In this document: positions 39,530-53,222 of the stretch, piece by piece
Layout: each line of letters starts with the position of its first letter
Position numbering within the stretch: the stretch's first letter is position 1
From: Rhizophagus irregularis
Taxonomy: Eukaryota
Assembly (NCBI RefSeq): GCF_026210795.1
Contig: NC_089433.1
Location: 5,084,001 to 5,148,000 of the forward strand
Direction: 5' to 3'
DNA length: 64,000 bases
Position numbers and translations under genes: made by a program
The notes under the pieces: generated by a model
The model's database searches: none
Seen by the model: the letters and a program-made list of their open reading frames with translations, nothing else
Told to the model about the DNA's origin: nothing

Positions 39530-40095
39530 TTAGACAAAATTATCAGACATTGTGCGATAAAATATCAAGCATGGCTAGATAAAATGTCACCCTGTGTTTG
39601 ACATTTTACCTGTTTATGCTTGATATTCATTTGTCTGTATTTGATATTTTATCCGTCCATGTTTCATATTTTGTCAATCCGTGCTTGATGTTTTATTTGT
39701 ACATGCTTGACATTTTCATCTGTTCATGCTTGATGTTTATCTATCACGTGCTTGATGTTTTATCTGTTCATCTTGATGTTTATCTATCACATGCTTGATG
39801 TTTATCTGTATGTGCTTGACGTTTTATCTGTACGTGCTTGATGTTTTTATCTGTTCATGCTTGATGTTTATCTGTCGCATGCTTGATATTTTAACTGTCT
39901 GTGCTTGATGTTTTTTGTGTCTATGCTTGATATTTGGTCTGTACATACTTGATATTTTTTATCTATGCATGCTTGATATTTTTTTTTCTGCACCTGCTTG
40001 ATATTTTTGTCTATCTGTTGATACCTTTTTATCTGCACCTGCTTGATATTTTTGTCCTGTTCTTTTGATATCTTTTTTTTTATCCTTGCTTGACA
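39530..40095. repeat. About 21-bp tandem repeat array (TGCTTGATGTTTTATCTGT..), first 3 copies inverted; probable transposon subterminal repeats
   Basis: More than 20 head-to-tail degenerate copies without spacers, preceded by TATGGCAAGCCGAG at 39516. Confidence 0.85.
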
Positions 40096-40284
40096 AATAA
40101 TGTAGACTTTATGATGTAATTTTATTTCTTTCCTTAACCATTTTTAATAAAAACCTGATTATCACAAACAAACGCGAATGTAATACAAGAAAAAATTTTT
40201 CTTGCGACAAAATTTCTCAAAATTTAAAATACTATATCAGTTATTTTTTCTTACATATACATTGCTTGAAAATAAATATTCATC

Positions 40285-43208
40285 ATGTTTAATAGCTCTC
40301 AAAACAATAGAGATTATGGAAAATGCTGTGCTATAGAAAGTAGTGAACGATGTGGATGTCAGAGATTTATAGCACTTAATAATGGAAAAACTTGTGAAGT
40401 TTGTAATCACCACTATGGTTATCACGAAGATAAAGAAGAAAATAGATTATTAAGCAATAGGCAAAGGGTTTCTACTTTAGATGAATTATATACTCAGTCT
40501 AATAATTCTAATATTACCCAAACTTTTGATAATCAAGAGACTGATACATCCCTATCTACTAATTCTGTATTAAATCAGTTGTTAGCTGGACGAGCACTTG
40601 AAGAACAGTCCATAGCAAATGAATTAAGCAAAACTTTTGCTCAAAGTCGTTTAGTTAACAATAACCAATTGTTTGATCTGTCCTTACAAATGAATCGAAA
40701 TAAAAGAAGAAAACATGTGGAAATTAAACCTAAAATTAAAGAAATGTGTGTTACAGTTATTGTTTTACCTGATGTTGGTCCTCAACTTAAAATGCCAACA
40801 ATAATACAGCCAAGGTAAAAAGTTTTATTAATTATTTATTTTTTATTTTTTTTTTATTTTTTTTTTTAATTATTATTAATTACAATTATATTAAAATTTT
40901 TAACTAATTTTTATATAAGATACGAAAAAATTCGTGATGCTGGTTTAATTAAAGATATAACATTCAAGGAAACAGATAATATCATACAAAAAATTGAAAG
41001 TAATTTTCCGGCATTAGCAGATAGGGAATGGACGTTCAGATCCACATCTACAAACCATACAACTGTAGAATATGTATTAACTGATGAAGTTACTCTTAAT
41101 TTTGCATTGATTAAAAGGTAAAAAATCAATTCAATTTTATGTACATACTGTATTTTATAAATTTAATAAAATCTAATATTTTATTTATTTCAGACTATTA
41201 GTAAATAGAACTAAATTGTACTTATCGCCAAAGTATTTACCAATTCAATTACCTCAAGAAGAAGATACTCAATTAGAATGGGTAGATATCGAAGTAGATG
41301 ATGATTCTTTAAGGTTGTTTAATAATTATAATTTTTTTTTTTTTTTTTTTTTTGAGAAGTCTTGCATTAATTTCAATATTCTTTGGTTAATAATTTTTAT
41401 AAATTAATTTAGAATGCAACAGACTTTAAGACATACCAGTAGAACTGGAGTGGATGCTAATATGTCACACATGATTCCATTATCTTATAATTCATCATCT
41501 GCAACAACATCAACAGCTACAACAGAAATATCAACATCTTACATTAATGATTCATCAGCTGCAACAGCATCAGAATCAGCAACATCAACATTAACAATTT
41601 TGGATTCAACTAATCCAATTAATACACCTTTATTAAGATCTACTGGACGAACTTCTGGATCAACAATTAGATCAGATGAATCCCTTGTAGAAATTACTGA
41701 AATAGATTCGTCTGATTTTTATAAAAATAAAAATAAAAATGTAGATAATTTCATTCAAGAAATTTTAACACAATTACAAGTAGATAACTGTATATCTGGA
41801 ATGAATATGATTAAAATAGAAAATACGATAGATGTTGTTGATAATATAATGGATTGGATCAAACATACAACTGATGTTGATTTATTAAAAAAGCCATTTA
41901 TTTCTGTAACTAGTGAAAGGTAAATTTTTAATTTAATATAAATTTATAATCTTTAATTTTACAAAAAAAGAAATTTAATTTTTTGCTTAAAAACTAATGT
42001 AATAGGGTTGCTGATGCCGGAGGAGTTTTTTTACATGTAATACAAAAGTTTTGGGACCAAATCAAAGATTATAAATTTGGAGATTGTGGAAATACGAAGT
42101 TATTTGATACAAGTCATGAAACATATATATCTTGTTATAGCTAATCCCCTTACCATTTATAAAAAAACACTTAAACTTATAGGAAAATTATTATTCTGGT
42201 GCTTAATTCATGATGGTGCATGGCCTCACTGGATTGACAATTTTCATTTTAAATTTATATTTGAAATGGAAATAGATTATATTCAAGTTATTGAAAATTT
42301 ACAACCAAATGTTTATAAAATAATTGAAAAAATACTTGATTACGAAGAAGAATTAAAACTGGGAATGATAGAGGTTTAGGGGAATGGGCTATTCAACATG
42401 AATTACAGGTAAATAATATTTACAATTTTAATATGTGATTATTAAATTATGTATCTTAATAATATAATATATTATACAGGAAGCAAATTTATTATCATCA
42501 ACTAATAACAAGATGGATATAGCTCAATTTATAGCCAAATTTGAAATTGAAGACTCAAGAATTTCTCAATTAAATGATTTAAAGAAAGGGTTTGACGTTT
42601 TTAAAATAGTTGAGGTATGTAATTTATATATTTATCTTTTAAATTAAATTAAAATAATAAATTATTAATTTAAAAAACTTTAATTAATAAAAGATAATCA
42701 AGATGAACATTTTCGATATCACATGGAACGACTTTAAGAAAAAACTTTATAAAGTGGTTATATCGGAGAGTGATCTCTTAGAACAATTTGATACTAAGAT
42801 GAACATTAAAAGAATTGAAGGGAAAGTGATGAGAGAAACATGTTACTTGGTATTCTTTGATTATTTAAGAAGTCTTAAAATACCTTTAGATCGAAAAAAT
42901 GTTTTAAGATTTATATGTGGAAGAATATCTATTCCACTTCCTGATCATCAAAAAATTCAAGTAAATATTTTATAATTTTTAATTACTTTATAAATAAATA
43001 AAAGCTAATTGTAATAATTTTGTTTATTTAGATTAAATGGAAAAATAGTGGAAGCAAGGAGCAGCAGCTCCTTAGGATACCCCACGCTAAAACTTGTATG
43101 CGAACTATATGGCTTTCAGATAATTATGAAGAAAATGAAATTGAAATATTTAGGCAAGATTTAAAAATTGCACTTGAACAAAGCATTAATAATGGTTTTT
43201 GTGATTAG
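40285..43208 (+). pseudogene. HECT-domain E3 ubiquitin ligase-like gene (G2E3-like HECT) with N-terminal Cys/His-rich motif; apparent frameshifts
   Basis: About 8 exons (starting 40285, 40920, 41194, 41413, 42005, about 42480, about 42693, 43032). HECT-like motifs: VADAGGVF, LIGKLLFWCLIHDGAWP, QLNDLKKGF, VLRFICGRISIP, catalytic PHAKTC and terminal NGFCD*. Frame breaks near 42135 and 42370. Confidence 0.78.
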
Positions 43209-46095
43209 GTTTGATTATAGTCTAGAAATTTAAATATTTTGAAAATTTTGATTATTATATATAGCTAAATGTATATATAATTGGCTTATAACAAGTAATA
43301 AAGAAAATTAAATTTCTTAGAATATTATTTTGTCCACTTTTAATTTTATTTTTACGTAATTAGGTTCAAAATTAGCTTAGTATCTGGGAACAGTTAAAGT
43401 ATATTTATTATTTTTATGATGTATTTTTGTTTGGATTGATGAGTTTGTAAAAGAGGATGTTTGTACTTGACATGGGCTCACTCTACGTATCTGTTAGATA
43501 GGATACTTTTTAAATAAATCCTAATAAAGATGCACAGTTTTTAAAAAAAAAAATAAATAAATAAATAAAGGAAATTGAATAATATAATAAATAAAAGAAA
43601 AAACCAATTTTTATTCTTAATACTAATATAATCATCATTATTAGTTACTAGCATTAATATTTTTATTACAATTATCATTATACAATTAAATATTATTTAT
43701 TTTTAGTTTAATGTGATTAAAGAAAATTATACATTATCCTGCAAATTACTATTATTATATTAATAAATTTATTTAAAAATTAATTACCAAAAAATTAATT
43801 AAAAATTTATTTCTAAATAAATCAAAAAATAAATTATAAAAATTATATTAAATTATATTATTTTTTATAAATTACTTAAATTGTTTTTATTAAAGTATCT
43901 AAAAACTATTTTTTTTTTAATATTAAGATTTAAGATAAATAAATACTCTACTTTATTAAATAACAAATTTAAATATAGCAATACATTAAAAAAGAAAATT
44001 AACTTTAAATAAAAATATACTCTATAACAAATTATATAATTTTTACAAATATAATAATAAGAAATTATAAATACTATATATGTAAAAAATAATAAAAAAA
44101 TAAATTTAAAGTTCAAATTTCATTTTATTATCAAAAAAAAAAATTTTAAAAATATTTATATTAATAATTTATATTATTAATTTATCATATTATAATATAA
44201 AGTAATATGTAATATGAAAATATCATTATTTTTTTTTATATAATATAAGTTGAATAATTATTATTAATAATAAATTGAATTACTTGTTTTATTGTTTTTT
44301 AAAAAAAATAATTAAATTTTAATTATTATAAGAATAAAGAAATTTATAGTAAATAATCTTTTAAATAATCCTATCTTATTAATTATTTTCCATTTTATAA
44401 TTAGAAAGGATTAAAATATTAATTTAAAAACAAATTTAAAAAACATTATTTTAAGAACACTTATTTATAAAATTATAAAAATTATATCAAATATATTTAA
44501 TCAAATATTTATAATTTGATCTAAAAAATATTATATTTATAGTACTATTAATAAAATTTTAAACTTCAAATTGTTAAAATTACAAATTTTTATAAATATT
44601 TAAATATCAAAATAGATTTAAAAAGAAATGTTAAATGTCAAAAAAGTTAATGATACAAAAAGTATTAAAAGTATTACTATCACGTAATAAATTCTATCGC
44701 GTGCTTAGATGATTAATATTTTGCATTGCTTAACTTTAATACCAGTTTAATTTTTTAAGATTCATTTCCAAGAAACTACAGAAGCTACGGAATCTATGAT
44801 TGGATCAATTCAATTATAAATCGTTGCCAGAAATTAAGTTCTGGTTTTCAAGATAATTTTCGCCAAGAATCATGTTCAAGATTTTCATGTTAATTTTTTT
44901 TACCCTCTATTCATATCAGTTTCATTATCATCAGCAAGTAGTAATATGATGCTATGCAGATGCTATGCATTCATCTCAAAAAATGATTCTTAAGTATATT
45001 ATTTAATTGTTTAAAATGTTATAATTAAATATGAACACAGTACCCAAAGACATATGGCTACAATTGAAGGGTTAGGTTTCACAGTTTCAAACTTTGTGTA
45101 GCATGACCAAAAATAATCATATCGTAATGCTGATTCTGAAGAGATGCGTGAAGTGAACCGAACCGGTTCCAAAAACTGGTTCAAAATATGGCCATCATCA
45201 AAATTATGATAACTATGAATCAGCTCACATTTTTCTTAATGGGAACCGAAGTGGAACCAACGGTGAAATCGAATGAACCGTCTTCCACTACGCCATGTAT
45301 CCTTGTATCCTTCATTATGTTTGCTCCTTTCACTATGCTTTGTGTTGATTAAAAATCATGACGTTTAGTATTAAAAAATAATCAGTGTAATTATTATATG
45401 TATATGTTAAAAGAACGGATTTGACTGAGTTGATGATCAGAATGTCGATCATTTTTGCCAAAATTATTTTATTTTGATCTGCTTGTAATGTATGACAAAT
45501 TTATTGGGTAATAGTGTTATCATTTAAAGAAAAATGGCGTAATTATTATCACATGATTTCCAATTTGATTTAAATTTTGTAACAAACATCGCATATTTGT
45601 GTAATTGTTTTGACAACTTCTCCTTAATTAGGCCAATTATTTGTTTTTTTAAAAAAAAACAAAGTCCTAAATCATGTCATCTCAAAATGATATTATATGT
45701 GAAAGTTGTGATGAAATATATGCAAATATTGATCATAAATGGTGTGGACAATGTGTAATAAATAACTTGAAAAAAAATTTCATGAACTGGACTAGTGGAA
45801 ACGAAAAGATTGATAATTTTATTCAAAAAATGCAATTAAAAATTAAAAGATATGATGATATAATTGTTGAATGGATACCTTACAACCAATTAAATGATGT
45901 TAAAAAAACAAACAAAGATGGTTTTGCTACAGCAATACTATGGAAGGATGGTTTATTAAAATATGATAAAAAAGAAAGGAAACATAAAAGAATATCTAAT
46001 ATAGAAGTTTCTTTAAAATGCTTGAGCAATTCACAAAATGTTATTAATGAATTTTCAAATGAGGTATGAAACTTCTATTTCTTTTGTAATTTAGT

Positions 46096-46502
46096 AGGAC
46101 TCAGAAATAAATATATAGGGGTCAGGTGGTGAAAAAAATTTTACTATGAGCTGTACACATTTTTTCAGGGCCGGAATTATGATAATGTCAGCCGGTTACT
46201 CTAATGGGAAATGAATTTCTGAATGGTACTATCAAAATTATCTAAAAAAGGAAAGATTTTCATAATTTTTTTAGTAACCTTTATACAGTCAGCCCCCTTT
46301 ATAGTCACACCCCTCGGGACCGAAAAAAAAGGGTGTGATTATAAAAAAAGTCATATGTTGTGACTATAGAGGAGGTTTTTCTAATATATTTATTAGTACA
46401 TTGGGCCAAAATATGGTGTGCTTATAAAGGGGAATTTTATATGTTGTGATTATATGGGGGTGACTATATAGGGGGTCGACTGTATATATATTTCTGAGTC
46501 CT
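46096..46502. mobile_element. AGGAC-ended MITE in kinase intron 1
   Basis: TIR AGGACTCAGAAATA / TATTTCTGAGTCCT; perfect 8-bp TSD aatttagt. The paralogous intron at about 17575-17595 shows the empty site (tttgtaatttagtctta). Confidence 0.93.
46286..46482. mobile_element. Tc1/mariner-like MITE nested in the previous element
   Basis: TIR CAGTCAGCCCCCT..TATAGTCAC / GTGACTATA..AGGGGGTCGACTG, flanked by TA. Confidence 0.8.
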
Positions 46503-49500
46503 AATTTAGTCTTATTAAAGTACTTTTATTATAACAACTTTTTATATTAACAGGATGAAACATATTCCATTAAACAGGATGAAACATGTTCCACTGAAGT
46601 GAATGAATTTGAATATGATATTCATGGTATTTCTTATATTCCTAAAATATATGGAATATCTCAACATCCAGATACAAAAGATTATATTATAGTACTTAAT
46701 AATAGTTATTGCAAAGAATGTGGTGAAATATATACAGAAGTACAGGGAAAATGGTGTAAACCATGTCAAATAAATAATTTAAAACAAAATTTTACAAACT
46801 GGACTAGTGGAAATTATAAAATCGATGATTTCATTCAAGAAATGCAATTGAAAATTGAAAGCCATTATAATATAATTGTTGAATGGATACCTTATAATCA
46901 ATTCAATAATGTTAAAAAAACAGGCAAAGACGACTTTGTTACAGCAATATGGAAGAATGGTTCATTAAAATATAATGATAAAGAAATAAAATATGAAAGA
47001 GAATCTAATAAGGAAGTCACTTTAAAATGCTTGACTAATCCTCAAAATGTTATTAGTGACTTGCTAAATGAGGTTTGAAACTTCTAATTTTTGCAATTTA
47101 TTCCTTAAAAGTACTTTATTTTAACAACTTTTATATTTAACAGCAGGCTAAAGCAGATCCTATTAATGACAAACCTACAATATATGGAATATCCCAAAAT
47201 GCAGATACAAAAAATTATATTATAGTATTTAATAATAGTTATTGCAAAGAATGTGGCGAAATATATACAGAAGTAAAGAATAAATGGTGTAAACCATGTC
47301 AAATAAATGGCTTAAAACAAAATTTTGTAAATTGGACTAGTGGGAATGAAAAAATTGACAATTTTATTCAAAAAATGCAATTAAAAATTAACAACTGTAA
47401 TAATATAATTGTTGAATGGATACCATATAATCAGCTTAATAGTATTAAAGAAATAGGTAAAGGCGGATTTTCTACAGTCTATTTAGCAATATGGAAAGAT
47501 AGTCCATTAAAATATGATAAATATAAAAAGGAATACAATAGGATAATTAGTAATAAAGAAGTTGCTTTAAAATGCTTATATAATTCACAAAATATTACTA
47601 ATGAATTTTTAAATGAGGTATGAAATTTATTTTTTAGACTTCATTAAATACTTTCGAATAATTAATTGTTTTTACTTTTTGATAGGCTAATGCATACTCT
47701 ATTGCATACTCTGTCAATCATATCTCTTCTTTTGATGATGATTTTGGGGTAAATTATGATGGAATTCTCAAAATATATGGGATATCCCAAAATCCAGATA
47801 CAAATAACTATATTATTGTACTTGAATATGCAAATAGTGGAAATCTTAATAATTGCAATAATAATATCATTAGAAATTACTATTGGACTGAAAAATTGGA
47901 TGTACTAAGTAAAATTGGTGAAGGTCTTAAAAAAATTCATAGAAATAAAGTAGTCCACCGTGATCTCCATACAGGAAATATATTAGTTTCAATTGTTAAC
48001 AACCTTAATTGTAATACTGGAAATTATTTTAATGATATATATATTTCAGATATGGGATTATGTGAGAAGCAAGTAATATAGACAAAACAAAAATTTATGG
48101 AGTTATGCCATTTGTAGCACCTGAAGTATTAAGAGGAAAGCCATATAATCAAGCAGCAGATGTATATAGTTTTGGTATGATTATGTATTATATTGCAACT
48201 GGAAGACAACCTTTTGCCAATTGTGCTCATGATAGTGTGTTAGCATTAAATATATGTAATGGAATTAGACCTGAAATAAGTGAACAAGAAGCACTAAAAT
48301 TTTATATTGATTTAATGAAAAATTGTTGGAATCCAGATCCAGATAAGAGACCAAGTGCTATTGAAATAAAAAAATTGTTCAAGGATTTTTGTTATTCTCA
48401 TGATGAAGAAATTGAAAAGCAAATTGAAAAAGCAGATGAATATAGAAGAACAAATTTTTTGTCTACTGGAAATAGTCAATCAATTCATCCACAAGCTTGT
48501 TATACTTCTCAATCACTCAATCAATTTACAAAAGATCTTTCAAAAGATGATACTGATTGTTTAGACTGTATGATTATTGATTGTACTAAAGCTATTATAA
48601 ATTAATATTATTACTTATTTCTTACTAAATTACAAATCATTTTATAGGTAGGTTATCGAACAAAAATGAAAATAAATAAATTAGAATATGCATCTGCATC
48701 AAATATAAAATATAATTTATAAAATTTCATCTAAAAAAAAAGTGATGAATATAAAATATAAAAGGGTTAACACAATTGTGAAAACTCATGTTCTAACTAT
48801 AATTTGATACTAAACTCCTTATATTAGATAAGAAGCAACAAACTTAAGCCTAGTATTAACTATTAACAATTTTATAATTAGGATATTATTTTTCTTTTGT
48901 TGATGTCATTGTATTTTGTATAACACTAATTATAGAGTACATGTAATTTTTTTTTACATAAATAAAAAAATTAGTTTGTAATTGAATAAATAAAGTATAA
49001 GATTGAAAATATTATTAATTGTTAATTTTATGGTGATTAAAATTAAGAAATAAATTAATAATTAATGTAAATATTCTAGTAATTATCAATTTTTTAGACG
49101 TATTATTGGTGAATTACTACTTACCAGTTACTATAATAGCTTCAATAGTGGATTTATTGATAACATTTTTTTCAAAATAATAAAATTTCCTATTATGCAG
49201 TTATATTTCATATATCAAAATTATTATACACTTAATCACTTGTTACAGATAAACATAGTGTCTCTTTATTAATGATTAGGTTATCTGGTTATGAATATTG
49301 ATATTGTGATAATACTTATCAAGGCAGAATACAAAATATTGATACTGTAATTTATAGAAATGAGGTATTCAATTTAAAATATATATTTTAACCTAGGCTG
49401 GGACTTTATCAAGCTAATTAAGAGTAATAAATAAATATTTACCGACCATATTAATATGCTTTAAATTATATAATATATTTTAAAAAAGATTTATATATGT

Positions 49501-51129
49501 ACAGTATATATATAATATTAATTGTCAAGTTCCCACTCAAGTTCCCTTTCTACGATATTTACTTAAAAAACTGGAAAAACTATAGTCCGGAAGCCAATAT
49601 GTTAACTTCAACAGTATATATTAGCTTAATTAAATTTAATTATTAGAGAATAAAAAATTTAGCAATATTCTCATTAAAAGTATCTTTTTGTAAATGGTTA
49701 TTTTGTAAATGTTTATCATGATAAAAATTAAGATGATGCTGATTCAGATAATTTGGAAGTGAATATGCTTTGTACAGGCAAAAAAAAATATGTAGTTTGA
49801 GAATTAAGTTGTTTAAATTGATAGGAATTATACAAAATTAATGCGTAATTTCATATAAAATTTTTTGTTGTGTTTATTAAATTATCAAATAGAGTATAGT
49901 AACAGAAATTTTTTTATAAAATTAGATGAAATTAGGTCAAAACGAATCTACAACTAAGGTGATTTCTAATGATATTAAAAAAGTTATTATTAATATGGAG
50001 CTAAAAGTAATAAAAGAGTTCACCATCTTTTAAAATTTAAATAATAAAATTCGCTTAACTTTAAAATCAATAATATACTTATATTTCTTTGAAATATTAT
50101 AGGCAAAAGAAATAAATTTAAACCAAAGTTTTTATTTTAGAAAATAAAAAAGTACTATGGTAGTTATTTACTATACTTATAATGCAAATAGCTCAGTGAT
50201 ATTTCTATTTCAAAGTAGGGACGTGAAACGGAACAATTCTTTATTTTTGGCCGAGTCTGTAGATTGATCCATATAATTATTATTTATATATTCTTCGATA
50301 TAATACATTTGTAATCCAATTTAATTTCCTTTATAATTTGAACAATTCTATCAGATTACCTGTTCAATAAAACCATTATAAAGACGTGAATCTGAACGAA
50401 GAAAAAGATTATATTTTTTGATTAATAACGTTTCCACGTATCCAAAGATACAATGGTTCTAAAAAAAAAGGTTAATAATCAAACTCTAGCTTTGAGTATA
50501 TCTAGAAACCATAGATAATAACATTGTAAACTTGCTCGCAATGTTTGACATTAATTAAAAGAAAGCAAAGCAAGTCATTATTTGTGAATTTTTTGGAAAA
50601 TTAATCTTTAATAATTTTTGTCTTCCTTGGTGTCAAGGTTTTGTACGGAATTTTCCCAAGTTCAGAGATTATGTTCGCAAAAACATTTATACTTAGCATA
50701 TATAATTAAGTATTAAAAAAAAAAAGATTCACAACTCGATCCAATAATTATCTGATTAATCATATAAAACAAATTTTGATGTTAAGTTATGATTGAAATT
50801 TCAAACTAAATAAATATTCAAGTAAAACCAAAGATTTTAGCTTAAACGGACATACTTTTTTAATATAATTGGAAAGTTACTTCTTTTAAACAGCATATTC
50901 CTTTTCTATTTGTTTATCCATCAATATTTCAGCATCAATAACCAAAAGTCAATATAGTCATATATATTAAAAAAAATATACTGTTATTTTATTGCTCCTT
51001 CTGAATTTATCTCCAAAAGGATATAAAAGTATTTGTTTTTTCATCAATTAGAATAATAAACACACTATGATACTAGCCCAGTAAAAATGGCTTTGCTTTG
51101 TTATTTCATTATTTACATATACGTATTAC

Positions 51130-51250
51130 TTATCTCCTGGCTAATTAGGAATAAGTAAAATTTTACTAGGATTGGATAAATGATCGGCCAAAGGCCGATC
51201 ATGTTCCGATTCTAAGTAAAATTTTACTATTCCAATTAGCCAGGAGATAA
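51130..51250. mobile_element. 121-bp hairpin MITE
   Basis: ttatctcctggctaatt...tgatcggcc-aaa-ggccgatca...aattagccaggagataa; essentially a full palindrome with TA ends. Confidence 0.8.
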
Positions 51251-53011
51251 TTGATTTATCCCCTGCCATTTACACAATAGTAAGTGTTTTATAGTATATT
51301 GTGAGTATAATATAGTATATTTTATTGTTGAATTTACGCTTGGTTTTGTTTCATTTTAAAAATTTTAAAATAAAAAAATAAATTTTAAAAAGTTTCGGAA
51401 CCATTACTATTACACTTGAAAAATAGTATTGAGATTACAAATAAATTAAAAGAAAGTTTTTCTCATTTAGAAAATGCAAATCTTTCCGAATTACTCAAAT
51501 TTTTGAATCAGTCCATTATAGTATAATCAATAATTAATTTTTACCGCAAAATTTCCTAGAAACGGATAAATAAATACATATAAAATTGGCTACCCAGTAG
51601 GTATAACTACATTTGCATAAACGTGTAAATGGTGCCGATCAGGGGATAATTGAAGTTAAAGCATTGGAGTTATTTTACAATCATTCTTTAAATTATAAAT
51701 TAGTGAAGTATAAACCTTAATCCTGTACTTTAGAAATAATTTATCTATTAGGAAGGACTGAAAAATTCTATAATGAGAAAAAAATTATCAGACATGGTTT
51801 TTATAATGAAAATGACAACAAATCACCACGTGGTGATCATCACCGCACCAGCATTAGCAAATATCGGAGGGCATTGTTTCATGTCATTTTTAATTCTGGC
51901 CAAAATTCTACCCTAATTCTGGTCAGGTGACAATCACAAGCTGTGATGTTAGCAATACTATTTTATAATTCGATTTATAATTCGATTTAGGAGAAATGAA
52001 CAATATATACTGTTAATGAATCCCTATAAATATAATTTACAAATTTAATACTAAATTTAAGTAGTAATAATCTCATATTGTAATATTGTAATAGAAATAA
52101 ATACAAATCATTACTATACAAGTACATATAAAATAAAAATTTACGTAATGTGATTGTAAATCAATTTGGTAAGCCTCAACTAAACAAAGAAATAATATAT
52201 TCAAAATAGATCAACAGCCCAGTTGCTGTGTAGCCTGAATAGCCTGATAAACAAAATTTTTTGCACTGCCACATTTCGTTATGAGTATATTTAAATATCC
52301 GGTTACAGCTTACCTATAGTTTATAGAAATGTCAATATAAATGTAAATAATAAAATTTTTCTATTAGTTTTAATAAAATAATGTTAAAATTAATATATAG
52401 CTATACTTGTTAAACCTAAATAATGCAAACTTGGTATAAATTCCGAATTTTTCGTTGAATTTTATAATCTTTTTTTCCGGCAAGAAGCTCTAACTTCTAT
52501 TATTCAATAAACCAAATCATGTATCAGGAATTTTAACTATGCTACACTTAAAAAATAACTAAAGTTATTAATGAATTTATTGAGATATTTTTCTCCAAAA
52601 AATAAAATTTGAAAATATTAAAGTAAAAGTTTATCAAACCGATTTTACTAATTAAGTTTAAAAAGATTAATTTCACGTGAATTTATAGGAGCGAAGTGTA
52701 CAAAAATTTATTACTTTAACAAAATATGAAAATTAACACTCGTAGTTTATCGAAATAAAAAGAAAGAAATTTTTTCGTAATCTCTCACTATACCATAAAA
52801 TTATCATACATGTTTTAACTTACATTTCTAGTGAAATTTAACGACAATAATAATTAATATACATATACTTAAGAAACGATACAAAGATCAGCAAACTCTT
52901 TACCAAGTTTTTTGACTTAAACTTGAGAAAATATATCCAAAGACTGAGTAATATCTGATATATGTAATTTGATACTTAAGAAATATCAACATACTGTATA
53001 TATTCCGTCTA

Positions 53012-53222
53012 TACTACCGAAATACATATGTAAAGGTCAAGTGATTTCAGAAAATTATATTTTCCAGAGCCGAAATTATGCTATCCTCGTCATCAGTTAC
53101 TAAAATAGGTGATAAAATTTTGACCGGCATTATCTAAAGAAATTATCTAAAAAGGAAAGATCTACCCGATTCTTTTGGTTCAGAAATACGCATACTCGCT
53201 ACCTTATACATTTTTGGGTCCT
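53012..53222. mobile_element. Degenerate copy of the AGGAC MITE family
   Basis: Shares gccgaaattatg, aattatctaaaaaggaaagat and terminal tttttgggtcct with the 39105 and 46096 copies. Confidence 0.65.

Larger units (their letters stand above)
45674..48605 (+). pseudogene. TKL kinase paralog with three Cys4 + N-lobe modules; 1-bp frameshift after DMG
   Basis: Exons 45674-46063, 46554-47072, 47147-47617 and 47686-48605; motifs GKGGFS, VALK, HRDLHTGN, SDMGL. tgtgagaag (48061) vs tgtggagaag in the paralog shifts the frame before MPFVAPE (real lesion or assembly error). Confidence 0.88.

Noticed and set aside
39590..40095. CRISPR-like appearance of the 21-bp array, and ORF 39598-39798
   Set aside because: The units are head-to-tail and degenerate with no unique spacers, there are no cas genes, and the context is eukaryotic. 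The ORF is a translation of the repeat.
43865..44116. 83-aa ORF in the AT-rich block
   Set aside because: F/I/Y/N/K-only composition, expected by chance in extremely AT-rich DNA.
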